NCBI GenBank assembly: GCA_965602015.1
Contig: OZ271918.1
Coordinates: 1,952,001 to 2,016,000, forward strand
Reading direction: 5' to 3'
Source of the DNA: Salinispira sp.
GTDB lineage: Bacteria > Spirochaetota > Spirochaetia > DSM-27196 > Salinispiraceae
Length of the DNA stretch: 64,000 bases
This document shows, piece by piece, positions 1-8,827 of this stretch (within the stretch, counting starts at the first letter, position 1; the number at the start of each line of letters is the position of its first letter). The notes below the pieces were generated by a model. The model worked only from the letters and a program-made list of their open reading frames with translations. It did not search any database and was not told the DNA's origin. The position numbers were made by a program, and so were the translations under genes.

Positions 1-1529
1 ACGGTAAAATCGACGGCAAAGCGCTCGCGCAGATACTCAAGCTTCGCCGAAATCAGACGCAGATTATCGCCGATATCTTCACCGATTACTGAACCGCCGA
101 ATGCGAGCTCGGTGCGGAAATCTTCGGAGATAAACCAGGCAATGCCCACCGATCTGCCGGCGTACCATCCTTCTTTGCCGATAATTCTCGGATTCTCTAT
201 GTCTGCCGGTTCGGCTGATAGAAGCGTATTGGAATACCTCAGCGATACATCGCTGTGAAGGCGAAACTGGCTGCCGAGGTTTGCGGTGACAAGACTCCTG
301 AAGAACCAGGCCGGCTCGAGTAATCCGCCGCTTTCCCCCACCGTGTAGCTGTGCAGGGGATACAGCCGATGTATGGTCACCGGGGATATTTCCCGCACCC
401 GGTGCCCGGCTTCGAACAGGAGTTCCACCGGACTAAACGGAGTAAACAGCGCATGGGCTTCCACATTGTACAAGACCGCTGAACCCGGGGTAAACACCGG
501 TTTCCAGGCAAGCCCGACGGACAGACGGTCGCTGGGAGCGTATACCGCGCCCAGGCCGACGCCCGGACGGTGAAGAATAGGCTCTTCGGGCATTGCGGCC
601 AGGGAATAGCCAAGTTCAGCCGTGAAAATCCAGGGAGCCAGCGCGGCATTGAGGTGCAGGCCCGCAGCGCTTCTGATAAAATCACTGCTGAACTCCTCCA
701 GGGTGCTTCCGGCCTCGGCTGCCAATCGCCGGCGGGACCACGAGCCGGCGATATCTGCGGCAATGGTTAGCCTTTGGTCCCGGGTTTCCCACAGCCGGAA
801 ATCGGCGCTGATTTCTCCGCCGATAAGACGGAGACGGGATAAATCATTCTCCTCGAACGCACCGAGGGCGAAGGAGTCGACCTGCATTTCAAAGGAAGAA
901 AGGGTCCCTGTTCCCCGGTACCCCGATGTAAGCAGGTTTTCCCTCTGATACAGCCCTTCATTGTCAGTCCGCAAGCTCGAGTACAGGCTGCCCAGATACC
1001 AGAGGTTTTGCGATTCCACAAAAAACCGGCCTTCGCCGGGCAATCTCAATGTCAGTTCACCGCCGCCGATGATACCCGGAGCAAAACCTCCGCCGAGGTA
1101 GGCGCTAAACTCTGCCCCCGCCGGGTTTGATTCCTGTTCCTCAGCTTCTTCCGTCTCGTTCCCCGGAAAAGAATCATCGGGGCCAAGACCGCTGACCCCT
1201 CCAAGGTCCGGCAGGACGGAAAAATCCGAATCGATATTGTCAGTCTGCAAAAGCAGGGTTTCCACATCCTCATACTCGGGATCCTGTAGATCGACTATGA
1301 CCTCCGGAAGCAAAAACAGCGGCGTTTCCGGAGGAGCCAGGTCTTCCACGGGGAGGGCATCGTTGAGTAAATCGTCGGTGCTGATTGAGGACTCTCCGCC
1401 ATCACCAAATCGGGCGTCGCCGGTCTGGACCTGGCCAGCCTGGGCAACGGACTGAAAGGCAATCAGGCATGTCAGCAGTGCCCACAGGACGCCAACACGG
1501 ATTGTATGTGTATGCTGTAGTCTGTTCAT
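1..1529 (-). CDS. Secreted, probable outer-membrane beta-barrel protein (partial, runs off the window; absent from the ORF track)
   Basis: Manual translation from ATG at 1529 (overlapping the TPR gene stop, TGATG) is open to position 1. It starts with a signal-like MNRLQHTHTIRVGVLWALLTCLIAFQSVAQA, then an acidic linker, then alternating hydrophobic strands (IFTAELGYSL, LSVGLAWKP, FRTELAFGG). Confidence 0.75.
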   Translation of the reverse strand, partial: MNRLQHTHTIRVGVLWALLTCLIAFQSVAQAGQVQTGDARFGDGGESSISTDDLLNDALPVEDLAPPETPLFLLPEVIVDLQDPEYEDVETLLLQTDNIDSDFSVLPDLGGVSGLGPDDSFPGNETEEAEEQESNPAGAEFSAYLGGGFAPGIIGGGELTLRLPGEGRFFVESQNLWYLGSLYSSLRTDNEGLYQRENLLTSGYRGTGTLSSFEMQVDSFALGAFEENDLSRLRLIGGEISADFRLWETRDQRLTIAADIAGSWSRRRLAAEAGSTLEEFSSDFIRSAAGLHLNAALAPWIFTAELGYSLAAMPEEPILHRPGVGLGAVYAPSDRLSVGLAWKPVFTPGSAVLYNVEAHALFTPFSPVELLFEAGHRVREISPVTIHRLYPLHSYTVGESGGLLEPAWFFRSLVTANLGSQFRLHSDVSLRYSNTLLSAEPADIENPRIIGKEGWYAGRSVGIAWFISEDFRTELAFGGSVIGEDIGDNLRLISAKLEYLRERFAVDFT

Positions 1530-4500
1530 CAGTTTCGCCCTCCCCCGCTTTGCAACTCTGCCATTCTCCGCCGGGCTTCGGCTGTCCAGCTGCTGTTGGA
1601 ATAGCTGGCTTCAAGCTGAGCCAGTATTGCCCGGGCGCTGGCCAGCTGCCCTGACAACAGGTAGGCATCCAACGCGAAGTACAGGGATTGTGATGCCAGT
1701 TCACTGTTTCTCGGATCTGCTGCCGCGGCAGCCAGGAAGCGCTGAGCCGCCTGTTGCAACGCAGAGGTTTGCAGCAACTGTCGGCCGAGAAGGTAATTCG
1801 CCCTCGCCGAGTCGGCGGGGGGGATGGCGCTTTGGGAGGTCATCCGTTCAAGGAGGCCGACCAGCTCGGCGAGTCTCGGGGAGATTCCGCCTCGGCTTAT
1901 TACGATTCGGTTTCCCAGTTCGAGAACCGCCGACCGGGATGCGGGGGTTCCCAGGGGTGCGTCAGAAGGCACCCGTGCCCAGAGCCTGGCGAGCTCCGCG
2001 TCCTCCCCTCCGGTAATCACTTCAAGCTCGCGAATCCGCGCCTCCACATCCCTGCGGGTGGAAGATGCGACGCTGCCTTCCAGATAGCTTCGATAAAGCG
2101 TGAGGGCCTGGCTGAAATTCCGCCGCTCATCCTGAAGCACAGCCAGATCGTAGCGGGTCAGCTGGGCATAGTTTCCATCGGGATAGTCGCTGAGTATTCT
2201 CCGCCAGTACAGCTGGGCTGCGCCGGACTCATCGAGGGCGGCGGACGCCGCACCGCTGAAATACAGCGCAGCTTCAGCGAATTCCCCGTCGGGATACGTT
2301 CGCCGATAGGCGATAAATGCCTCCCTGGCCCGCTCATATTCCCCAATATCAAGAAGACTGCGGGCCCGGGTGAAGGCTGCCAGAGACGCCAGGGGAGAAT
2401 CCGCATATATTTCTCCGAACTCCTCAAGACTTCGAATTCCCCGCTCCTGTTGCTGGGAGGCAATCAGAATGCGGGCATAATCAAACAGCGCATCGTCGGC
2501 CAGGGGATGCCGGGGATTACGGCGGCGAAAATCCGAGAAACTGTCCAACGCGGCCTGCCCTTCTCCCTGGAGGCGAAAAACGGTTCCCCGGAGGTAGGCT
2601 GATCGGATTCTTATGTCTTCATTGCCCGCCCCGGAAACCGAAGCATTTTCAGCAAAGTCGATAAACGCAAGGGCCTGTTGGTAATCCTGCTGCCTGATCG
2701 CCGCCCAGGCGCCTTCATACGCCGCCCTGAGATGCAGCTCCCGGGCAAACGAGCTTTCGATGAGCTCCCGGTACGCCCCTATTGCCGCATCGTCGCGACC
2801 GCTTCGGTACGCCGTCCATCCCAAATAATAGCGGGAAAAATAATACAGCTGCGAAGTTTCCGCCTCTCCTCTCAGGGGACGAAGAAGGGAATCAAGGGCT
2901 GTGAGAACCTCATATGCGTCTTCAACCCGGCCCTGTTGAATAAGGGCCTGAGCGTAGAAATAATCCAGCGCGGGGTTGCGCTGTGAAAGGCTCTGATAGT
3001 ATCGGACAAGTTGGCCATAGCGCCGGTCGGCCAAAAGGTATTGGCTATACTCCACATCGAGTTCGCTGCTCCATGAAGCAGAGCCCACCAAAGGCTCAAG
3101 CTCGGCTATGGCCGAGGAGTAACGGCCTGACTGACCGTGAATGCGGCTCCTGAGAGTACGGGCGGAGGCGAGGTTTATTCCGTCCACCGCGCTGAGCGCT
3201 TCATCGTTGCGGCCGAGATTGTACAGGGCATACGCTCTAAGCAGGTTTCGCTGCCGGTTGAGACTTTCAAACTCGGGAGAATCCCGGGTTTCGGCGAAAA
3301 TCTGGAGCACCGTTTCATACGCTTCCAGTCGGTAATGCTGTTCGGCTCTGAGAAATTCCAGCCAGGGATGGCGCTCGCCGCCTTCCCGGTAATATCCGTT
3401 GATGATTTCAAGGGCCCTGCGGGGCTCATCGCCGCCGATGAGAAGCGCTTGATAGTACGGAGCGATAAATCCCCGCTCCCCGGCGCTGAAGCCTCCGAGA
3501 CGGTTGAGGTACTCGACCACCAGGGCAATATCCCCCCGGGAAAACGCATCGGCAACGATTCGCTGATAGAATTCCCTCAGCACCTCCGGCCGACGGGATA
3601 GCTCGGTCTGGGCCCGGCGGGCAAAGGCCAAAAGGGATTCGCCGTCGTCATCCCTGGCCCGGTAAATATCAAACAATCTCAAATAGGACGCCAGGCTGAT
3701 ATCGTCCTGGGGGCCAAGCAAATCCAGATACTGCGCCTCGGAGCCGATACGCTCGTCTCCGCCCAACGCGTATTTGGCCTCGGCGAGGCGAAATGACAGG
3801 TCCCGTTTTAGCTCCGGGCTTTTGATGTCGGACACCCGGGGGCTAAGATAATCGGCGATGCGCCGGTATTCGTTCAGGCGGTGTAATAGCTCCACCAGCC
3901 GGGGAGTCATAACCGGATCGACCTCCTGGCTCTGAAGGAGCCGCTCCTCCAGTTTTGCTGCAGCCTGGGCGAGTCCGCCGATCCGGCTGTCCAGAGAACT
4001 TCGAAGAATCCAGGCCCGGGCGAAAATCTCGGTGCCTATCGCCGGCGAGGCGGTGCCGGAAGATTCCGGGCTAAGCGCCGCGGCGTTTCCGGCCCGGGAT
4101 GTTCCCTCCTGCAACGCCTCAGGGGAGCCTAACCAATCTGACAGGAGTTCCAGGGCCCGGGGAAGGTCGCCGCTTCTTCTCGCTATCTCGGCTTCCCAGT
4201 ACCGGTACTCGCCGGCATCGACGGCGACCGGATGAAATCGCTCAGAGCGCCTCAGCAGGTCGGCGGCCCGCTGGAGATCGGCGGACTCGAAGCCGGGATC
4301 ACCGGCCATCCGAATCAGGCTCAGCGCCCGGTAGTACAGGTACTCTGATCGGCGGGGGGAAAGGGGAAAGTCTTCGATGAGTGATAAAAACCCCGATTCC
4401 GCCTCTTCGAACCGTCCTTCCTGGAGAAACTCCCGAAACTTCGCAAATTCCGCCGATTCGTCTCCGAGGGCGCCGAGAGACCCGGCAACAACAAACACAG

Positions 4501-4531
4501 CGCTGATCAACAACAGGGTTCTACGCATCAT
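1529..4531 (-). CDS. Large secreted tetratricopeptide-repeat protein (~1000 aa)
   Basis: Signal peptide MMRRTLLLISAVFVVAGSLGA and many TPR/BamD-like units (FRRRNPRHPLADDALFDYA, YRRTYPDGEFAEAALYFSG). Confidence 0.85.
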   Translation of the reverse strand: MMRRTLLLISAVFVVAGSLGALGDESAEFAKFREFLQEGRFEEAESGFLSLIEDFPLSPRRSEYLYYRALSLIRMAGDPGFESADLQRAADLLRRSERFHPVAVDAGEYRYWEAEIARRSGDLPRALELLSDWLGSPEALQEGTSRAGNAAALSPESSGTASPAIGTEIFARAWILRSSLDSRIGGLAQAAAKLEERLLQSQEVDPVMTPRLVELLHRLNEYRRIADYLSPRVSDIKSPELKRDLSFRLAEAKYALGGDERIGSEAQYLDLLGPQDDISLASYLRLFDIYRARDDDGESLLAFARRAQTELSRRPEVLREFYQRIVADAFSRGDIALVVEYLNRLGGFSAGERGFIAPYYQALLIGGDEPRRALEIINGYYREGGERHPWLEFLRAEQHYRLEAYETVLQIFAETRDSPEFESLNRQRNLLRAYALYNLGRNDEALSAVDGINLASARTLRSRIHGQSGRYSSAIAELEPLVGSASWSSELDVEYSQYLLADRRYGQLVRYYQSLSQRNPALDYFYAQALIQQGRVEDAYEVLTALDSLLRPLRGEAETSQLYYFSRYYLGWTAYRSGRDDAAIGAYRELIESSFARELHLRAAYEGAWAAIRQQDYQQALAFIDFAENASVSGAGNEDIRIRSAYLRGTVFRLQGEGQAALDSFSDFRRRNPRHPLADDALFDYARILIASQQQERGIRSLEEFGEIYADSPLASLAAFTRARSLLDIGEYERAREAFIAYRRTYPDGEFAEAALYFSGAASAALDESGAAQLYWRRILSDYPDGNYAQLTRYDLAVLQDERRNFSQALTLYRSYLEGSVASSTRRDVEARIRELEVITGGEDAELARLWARVPSDAPLGTPASRSAVLELGNRIVISRGGISPRLAELVGLLERMTSQSAIPPADSARANYLLGRQLLQTSALQQAAQRFLAAAAADPRNSELASQSLYFALDAYLLSGQLASARAILAQLEASYSNSSWTAEARRRMAELQSGGGRN

Positions 4532-4582
4532 ATTGTGTGTAAGAATAGCTTTCGTTCGCGGGTATTTCAATGCTAGCGCAGC

Positions 4583-5824
4583 TTAAAACCGGGGTATACG
4601 GTACTCCTGGGCGGGTTCCAGGGCCACCAGGTGGACAAATTCCCTGGGATAGCGGCGTTGAAGGGATGAAAGGGAACTCTCGACGTTGCGTTCCAAAACC
4701 GCGACCCTGAAGTTTCCCTGGTCGTCGAAATAGGGAAAAAAGACTACCACGTGGTAATGCTGCCAGAGTACCGGGTCCGAGCCGAATTCCCCGTTGATGC
4801 TGCCCAAATATATTTTGCCCGGGTCTCTCAGGGCGAGCAGGTACATAACCGGAATGATATGTTCGACAGCATAGCCGAGGTCTTCCCGATAGCTGTACCA
4901 CGGCAGATGGCGTACGTCTGCAAATTCCGGACTATCCGGTGAGTCCCCCGCAGCGGCAGCCAGGCTGACGGCGATGTTTCTGGTCCAGTCCAGTCCGAAG
5001 TAGGGATCCCGCTCATCCTCATATTCCAGGGAGATATCATTGCCCCGGTATTCGGGGTGCTTTGTTTTTAAAGCCTCAATGCTCATAAATCCGCCGGTGC
5101 GGGCGGCATAAATGCCGTCAGCCAGAAATTTTGCAAATCCCGAGCAATTAAACCCCGGCAGATCGTTGGTCCTGAGGGTTTCGATGCGGACGAGATTGCC
5201 GAATTCGTCCATGGCCCCGTCTTCAGCGTCGGGCAAGGAGGGCAGAACCTGCCGAATCTGGCTAAGGACATCGAGCATGTACCGGTAATCACCAGCTTCC
5301 ACTGCCGGGAAGAGCTGGTCCCAGGCTATAATGCCCGCGGTGAGATCCATGATCCGGTTGATATCCATCCCGATTATCTGCTCAATCGAAACGCCGATGG
5401 GTATTCGCCGGTAAAGCTCGTCATCGAACAGCGAGAGGCTTACCTGACTGCGAAAGCCCATGGGGGCAATGCGAAGCACCAAGGCGCCGATATCGTCCAA
5501 ATAGATCTTAATCTGTTCCACCGCACCATTGTTCAAATCCCGCCGGAGAATGAAATTACCTGAGCTGATAAGGGGGAAGGCGTCATTGCGCTGGTTGAGA
5601 AAAATCAGATAGAGCTTTTCGTCGGTCCGTTCGACTTCGAACTTCACCAGCTTCCGGGAAAACTGATCTTCCATGATGCGGCCCTGGTCAACTCCGATGA
5701 GGGACACCGGTGAAAGCATAAGCTCGCTCAGCCTTCGGCGTACCGTGGAGTTATCGGGAATGGCCCCGGAGAGTGCGGAAGTGACCGTGAGAATCAATAC
5801 TATTGTCAAAGCAAAACGCTTCAT
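4583..5824 (-). CDS. Secreted protein with a putative NlpC/P60-like (papain-fold) Cys-His domain
   Basis: Signal peptide MKRFALTIVLILTVTSALSG; motif GFNCSGFAK resembles the NlpC/P60 FDCSG motif; downstream QHYHVVVF. Confidence 0.6.
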   Translation of the reverse strand: MKRFALTIVLILTVTSALSGAIPDNSTVRRRLSELMLSPVSLIGVDQGRIMEDQFSRKLVKFEVERTDEKLYLIFLNQRNDAFPLISSGNFILRRDLNNGAVEQIKIYLDDIGALVLRIAPMGFRSQVSLSLFDDELYRRIPIGVSIEQIIGMDINRIMDLTAGIIAWDQLFPAVEAGDYRYMLDVLSQIRQVLPSLPDAEDGAMDEFGNLVRIETLRTNDLPGFNCSGFAKFLADGIYAARTGGFMSIEALKTKHPEYRGNDISLEYEDERDPYFGLDWTRNIAVSLAAAAGDSPDSPEFADVRHLPWYSYREDLGYAVEHIIPVMYLLALRDPGKIYLGSINGEFGSDPVLWQHYHVVVFFPYFDDQGNFRVAVLERNVESSLSSLQRRYPREFVHLVALEPAQEYRIPRF

Positions 5825-5836
5825 TGTGATGCCCCT

Positions 5837-7324
5837 TCACGCGTACAGTCCCGGTCTGCCCTGCCTCGCTCCCAGGCGGCGCACAAGCTCGTTTCGGTCC
5901 CGGGCGAACAGCGGACTGATTTCCGCATCGCCGCCGGGCAGGCCCAACCAGCTCGCATGGGTTTTTGCCATATGTGCGGCCAAAAGAGCCGAATCCCATC
6001 GATGAATGCCGTAAAGCGGGGGCATGAACTCCCACCGGTACGGGCGAAAAACCCTCGGCTGTATGCCGCCGGGAAAATGCAGCGCAAGACTGTCGGTAAT
6101 ACCAGTATCGGAGGAAACAAGGGCGGTGTTGATACGGCCCGGGCTGATTTTTCCCGGTTCGGGAAAATCCCGTCGGCGGATTCTGAAGTACAGTTCACCG
6201 GTCATACCGCTTCTCAAGGTGGCCAGCAGACTGCTCTGCCCGCCTGAAAGCAGACGGAGCGCTAACTCTTCATCGGGCAATGGAATGAGCGGATGTTCCA
6301 TGCTGTACACCAGACCGAATCCATAGCCCCGGTCTTCCAGCTGTGACAAGAGGAGTTTTTCCAGGGCAAATACCGCTCCCGCATCGCCGCTGCTGCGGTC
6401 CCGGTAATCCGGCTGAGGAAGCAGCACGACCCGGGATGGGGGCAGCGAAAAGAAATCCCGGTCGCTTAAGAAGGCTAACAGTTCATAAAAATGGGATTTT
6501 CGCACAGTAATCACCCATAGCGGCGGCCTGCCGTAGGCATTTGACGCAGCAATGATGTTTTCCGCCATGTACTCCAAAAGCGGAAGCCGTCTAATTGGGG
6601 TCGCGGGAGCCGAACCAGGGTAGCCGCGGTGAGGGCGGTAGGGGTCGGGGGTGAGAACCAGCCACGTGCCGGAACTCAACAGGGCGTCAAGCTCCCCGTG
6701 TGCCGGGGACTTTTGGGAGGCCGGGGAGATGCGGCCCTCATTGCCCGGACCGTTTGACAGAGATTGGCGCTCTGATGCCCCAATGCCGTCGCTAAGCCTG
6801 TGGTCGATGAAGTGGGCAAGCTCTGTTTCCAGGGCGGAGAAGCTGTCCCCGGGCAATAATCCGTCATCGGAAAAATGACCGAGGGGAGAAAACTCTGTAG
6901 CTGCCCTGTCGGCCCCCGCGTCAGCGCCCCTCAGGGCGGACTGCAGATGCAGGGAGTGCAGGCGGGCGCTCACCCTGGAGCTGTCGCTTTTGAGGGCCAT
7001 CCGGTTCGCCGCCTGCCGGCTTTGCAGCCTGGCCTTCAGCAGCTCGTGGCGAACCTGCATAAACCGTGCGGTACGATCCAGACTCGGCTGTTCGAGCTCG
7101 GCCAGCAGCCGGTCCGAGGCCTCCTTAAGACCGAGCCCCCGGTTTTGCGTCAGGGTGAGAATCCGGGAAAAGAGAAAGACATCTTTGAGGCTGTATATTT
7201 TGCGGCCCCGGTTGTCATAGGCCGTGCTGATAATGGGAAGCTGCTCCTCGATATACCTGATGTGATGAACCTTGCAGTCCAGCACCTGACAGATTTCAGA
7301 GAGCAAAAAGCCCCGATGCTTCAT
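5837..7324 (-). CDS. MerR-family HTH fused to a degenerate UDP-sugar pyrophosphorylase (UAP/UGPase-like) domain
   Basis: N-terminal LSEICQVLDCKVHHIRYIE..RGRKIYSLKD (MerR HTH). C-terminal LLEYMAENI..YGRPPLWVIT..DFFSLPPSRVVLLPQ and WEFMP..EISPLFA parallel UAP-family segments. Confidence 0.65.
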   Translation of the reverse strand: MKHRGFLLSEICQVLDCKVHHIRYIEEQLPIISTAYDNRGRKIYSLKDVFLFSRILTLTQNRGLGLKEASDRLLAELEQPSLDRTARFMQVRHELLKARLQSRQAANRMALKSDSSRVSARLHSLHLQSALRGADAGADRAATEFSPLGHFSDDGLLPGDSFSALETELAHFIDHRLSDGIGASERQSLSNGPGNEGRISPASQKSPAHGELDALLSSGTWLVLTPDPYRPHRGYPGSAPATPIRRLPLLEYMAENIIAASNAYGRPPLWVITVRKSHFYELLAFLSDRDFFSLPPSRVVLLPQPDYRDRSSGDAGAVFALEKLLLSQLEDRGYGFGLVYSMEHPLIPLPDEELALRLLSGGQSSLLATLRSGMTGELYFRIRRRDFPEPGKISPGRINTALVSSDTGITDSLALHFPGGIQPRVFRPYRWEFMPPLYGIHRWDSALLAAHMAKTHASWLGLPGGDAEISPLFARDRNELVRRLGARQGRPGLYA

Positions 7325-8793
7325 TTTCGCCTCGAATCCCTCAACTCGAACTGTATGGGAATCTTGTTGATATGAAAGTCAGTCCTGATACGATTTTTTA
7401 TAAAACCGACGTAGCTTTCGGGAAAATCCTTTTTCCGGTTTACAAAGAGGATGAATTTCATGGGCAAAACGCTCACCTGGGTGATGTACTTCACCTTCCA
7501 GAAAAAACCCTTGCGTGACGGCGGCGGCGTTTGCTCCTGCCAGGCCTTCAGCTTACGGTTCAATAGGCCGGTGTCGACCCGGGTGTACAGCATCCGTTGG
7601 AGCTTGCGGGAAGTGTCGAGCAGTTCTTTGACGCCGCTGCCCTCTTTGGCTGATAGCGGCAGGATCGGCGCGAACTCCAGCACAGGGAACAGGAAGTTGA
7701 TTCGGTCGGTCACCGCCTGAAGCTGATTAGGCAGATCGTCCAGAAGATCCCATTTATTCACCACCAAAATTATCCCCCGTCCCAGCTTTACGACCTGCGC
7801 GGCGATTTTTTTATCCTGATCAGACAGTCCCTTCACCGCGTCGACCATGAGAAAAACCACTTCGGCCTCTTCAATAGCCGATATGGCCCGGGTCACCGAG
7901 TAATACTCCAGGTCTTCATCGACCCGATTTTTTCGCCGGATGCCCGCAGTGTCCAACAGACGATATTTGACTCCATCGATCGAAAAACTGCCCTCGAGGA
8001 CATCCCGGGTGGTGCCGGCTATCTCGCTGACGATGGAATTGCTGCTGTTGGTTAACAGATTGGACAGGGTGCTCTTGCCGGTATTCGGCTGCCCGAGAAT
8101 GGCAACGCTTATATCCCAGGGCTGGCTGGCCCGGCGGTCCGCCCGAACCAGCTTCTCGGCGTCAATAATAATGCCCTCCGCCTCGGCATCCGCCTGGATC
8201 TGAGCGATATCCGCATCCAGCAGGGCTCTCACCCGGCCCCGCAGGTCCTCGATGTCCGAGGTTTTTAAATCCCGATCCCGTATGCGCCGGTGTTCGGCGT
8301 GTTCTATCCGCTTAACAAGCTCCTCGGCCAAGTCATCGACCCCTTCGCCGTGAGTTGCGGAAATGGGATACAGGGTGTCGAAACCGAGGGAGTAGAACTC
8401 GTAAATCATCTGGGCGCGCTTTTCATTATCGACCTTATTGACCGCAAGAACGATTCTGTCAGAGACCTGGCGCAGGCGGCCGAGAAACTCCTCATCCTCG
8501 GGCGTCACTTCCATCACGTCCAGGACGAAGACCAGCACGTCCGCCTGTTCAATGGTTGACAGGCTTTGACTGGTAATCAGAGTGTCCAGGTAATCTTTGG
8601 ATTCGGTGAGGCCGCCGGTGTCGATGAGCATGCACGCACGCCCTTCTATTTCGGTGCGGTGAAAAATGGGGTCCCGGGTGACCCCGGGAGTGGGATCGGT
8701 TATTGCCTTGCGCCGCCCCACGAAGCGGTTAAAAAGCGTTGATTTGCCCACGTTGGGCCGGCCGACAATGGCTACCCGGGGCAAAATTGCCAT
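7321..8793 (-). CDS. der: Ribosome biogenesis GTPase Der (EngA)
   Basis: Two G domains (GRPNVGKS/DTGG/NKVD and GQPNTGKS/DTAG/NKWD) plus a KH-like C-terminus. An upstream TTG at 8844 is an alternative start. Confidence 0.97.
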   Translation of the reverse strand: MAILPRVAIVGRPNVGKSTLFNRFVGRRKAITDPTPGVTRDPIFHRTEIEGRACMLIDTGGLTESKDYLDTLITSQSLSTIEQADVLVFVLDVMEVTPEDEEFLGRLRQVSDRIVLAVNKVDNEKRAQMIYEFYSLGFDTLYPISATHGEGVDDLAEELVKRIEHAEHRRIRDRDLKTSDIEDLRGRVRALLDADIAQIQADAEAEGIIIDAEKLVRADRRASQPWDISVAILGQPNTGKSTLSNLLTNSSNSIVSEIAGTTRDVLEGSFSIDGVKYRLLDTAGIRRKNRVDEDLEYYSVTRAISAIEEAEVVFLMVDAVKGLSDQDKKIAAQVVKLGRGIILVVNKWDLLDDLPNQLQAVTDRINFLFPVLEFAPILPLSAKEGSGVKELLDTSRKLQRMLYTRVDTGLLNRKLKAWQEQTPPPSRKGFFWKVKYITQVSVLPMKFILFVNRKKDFPESYVGFIKNRIRTDFHINKIPIQFELRDSRRK

Positions 8794-8827
8794 TTCTATT
8801 GTGTCGAGTTCGCGAATGAGCGCCTCT

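Noticed and set aside
1754..2602. 282-aa plus-strand ORF and other short ORFs within 373-4586
   Set aside because: Antisense or alternate frames of the TPR and barrel genes.
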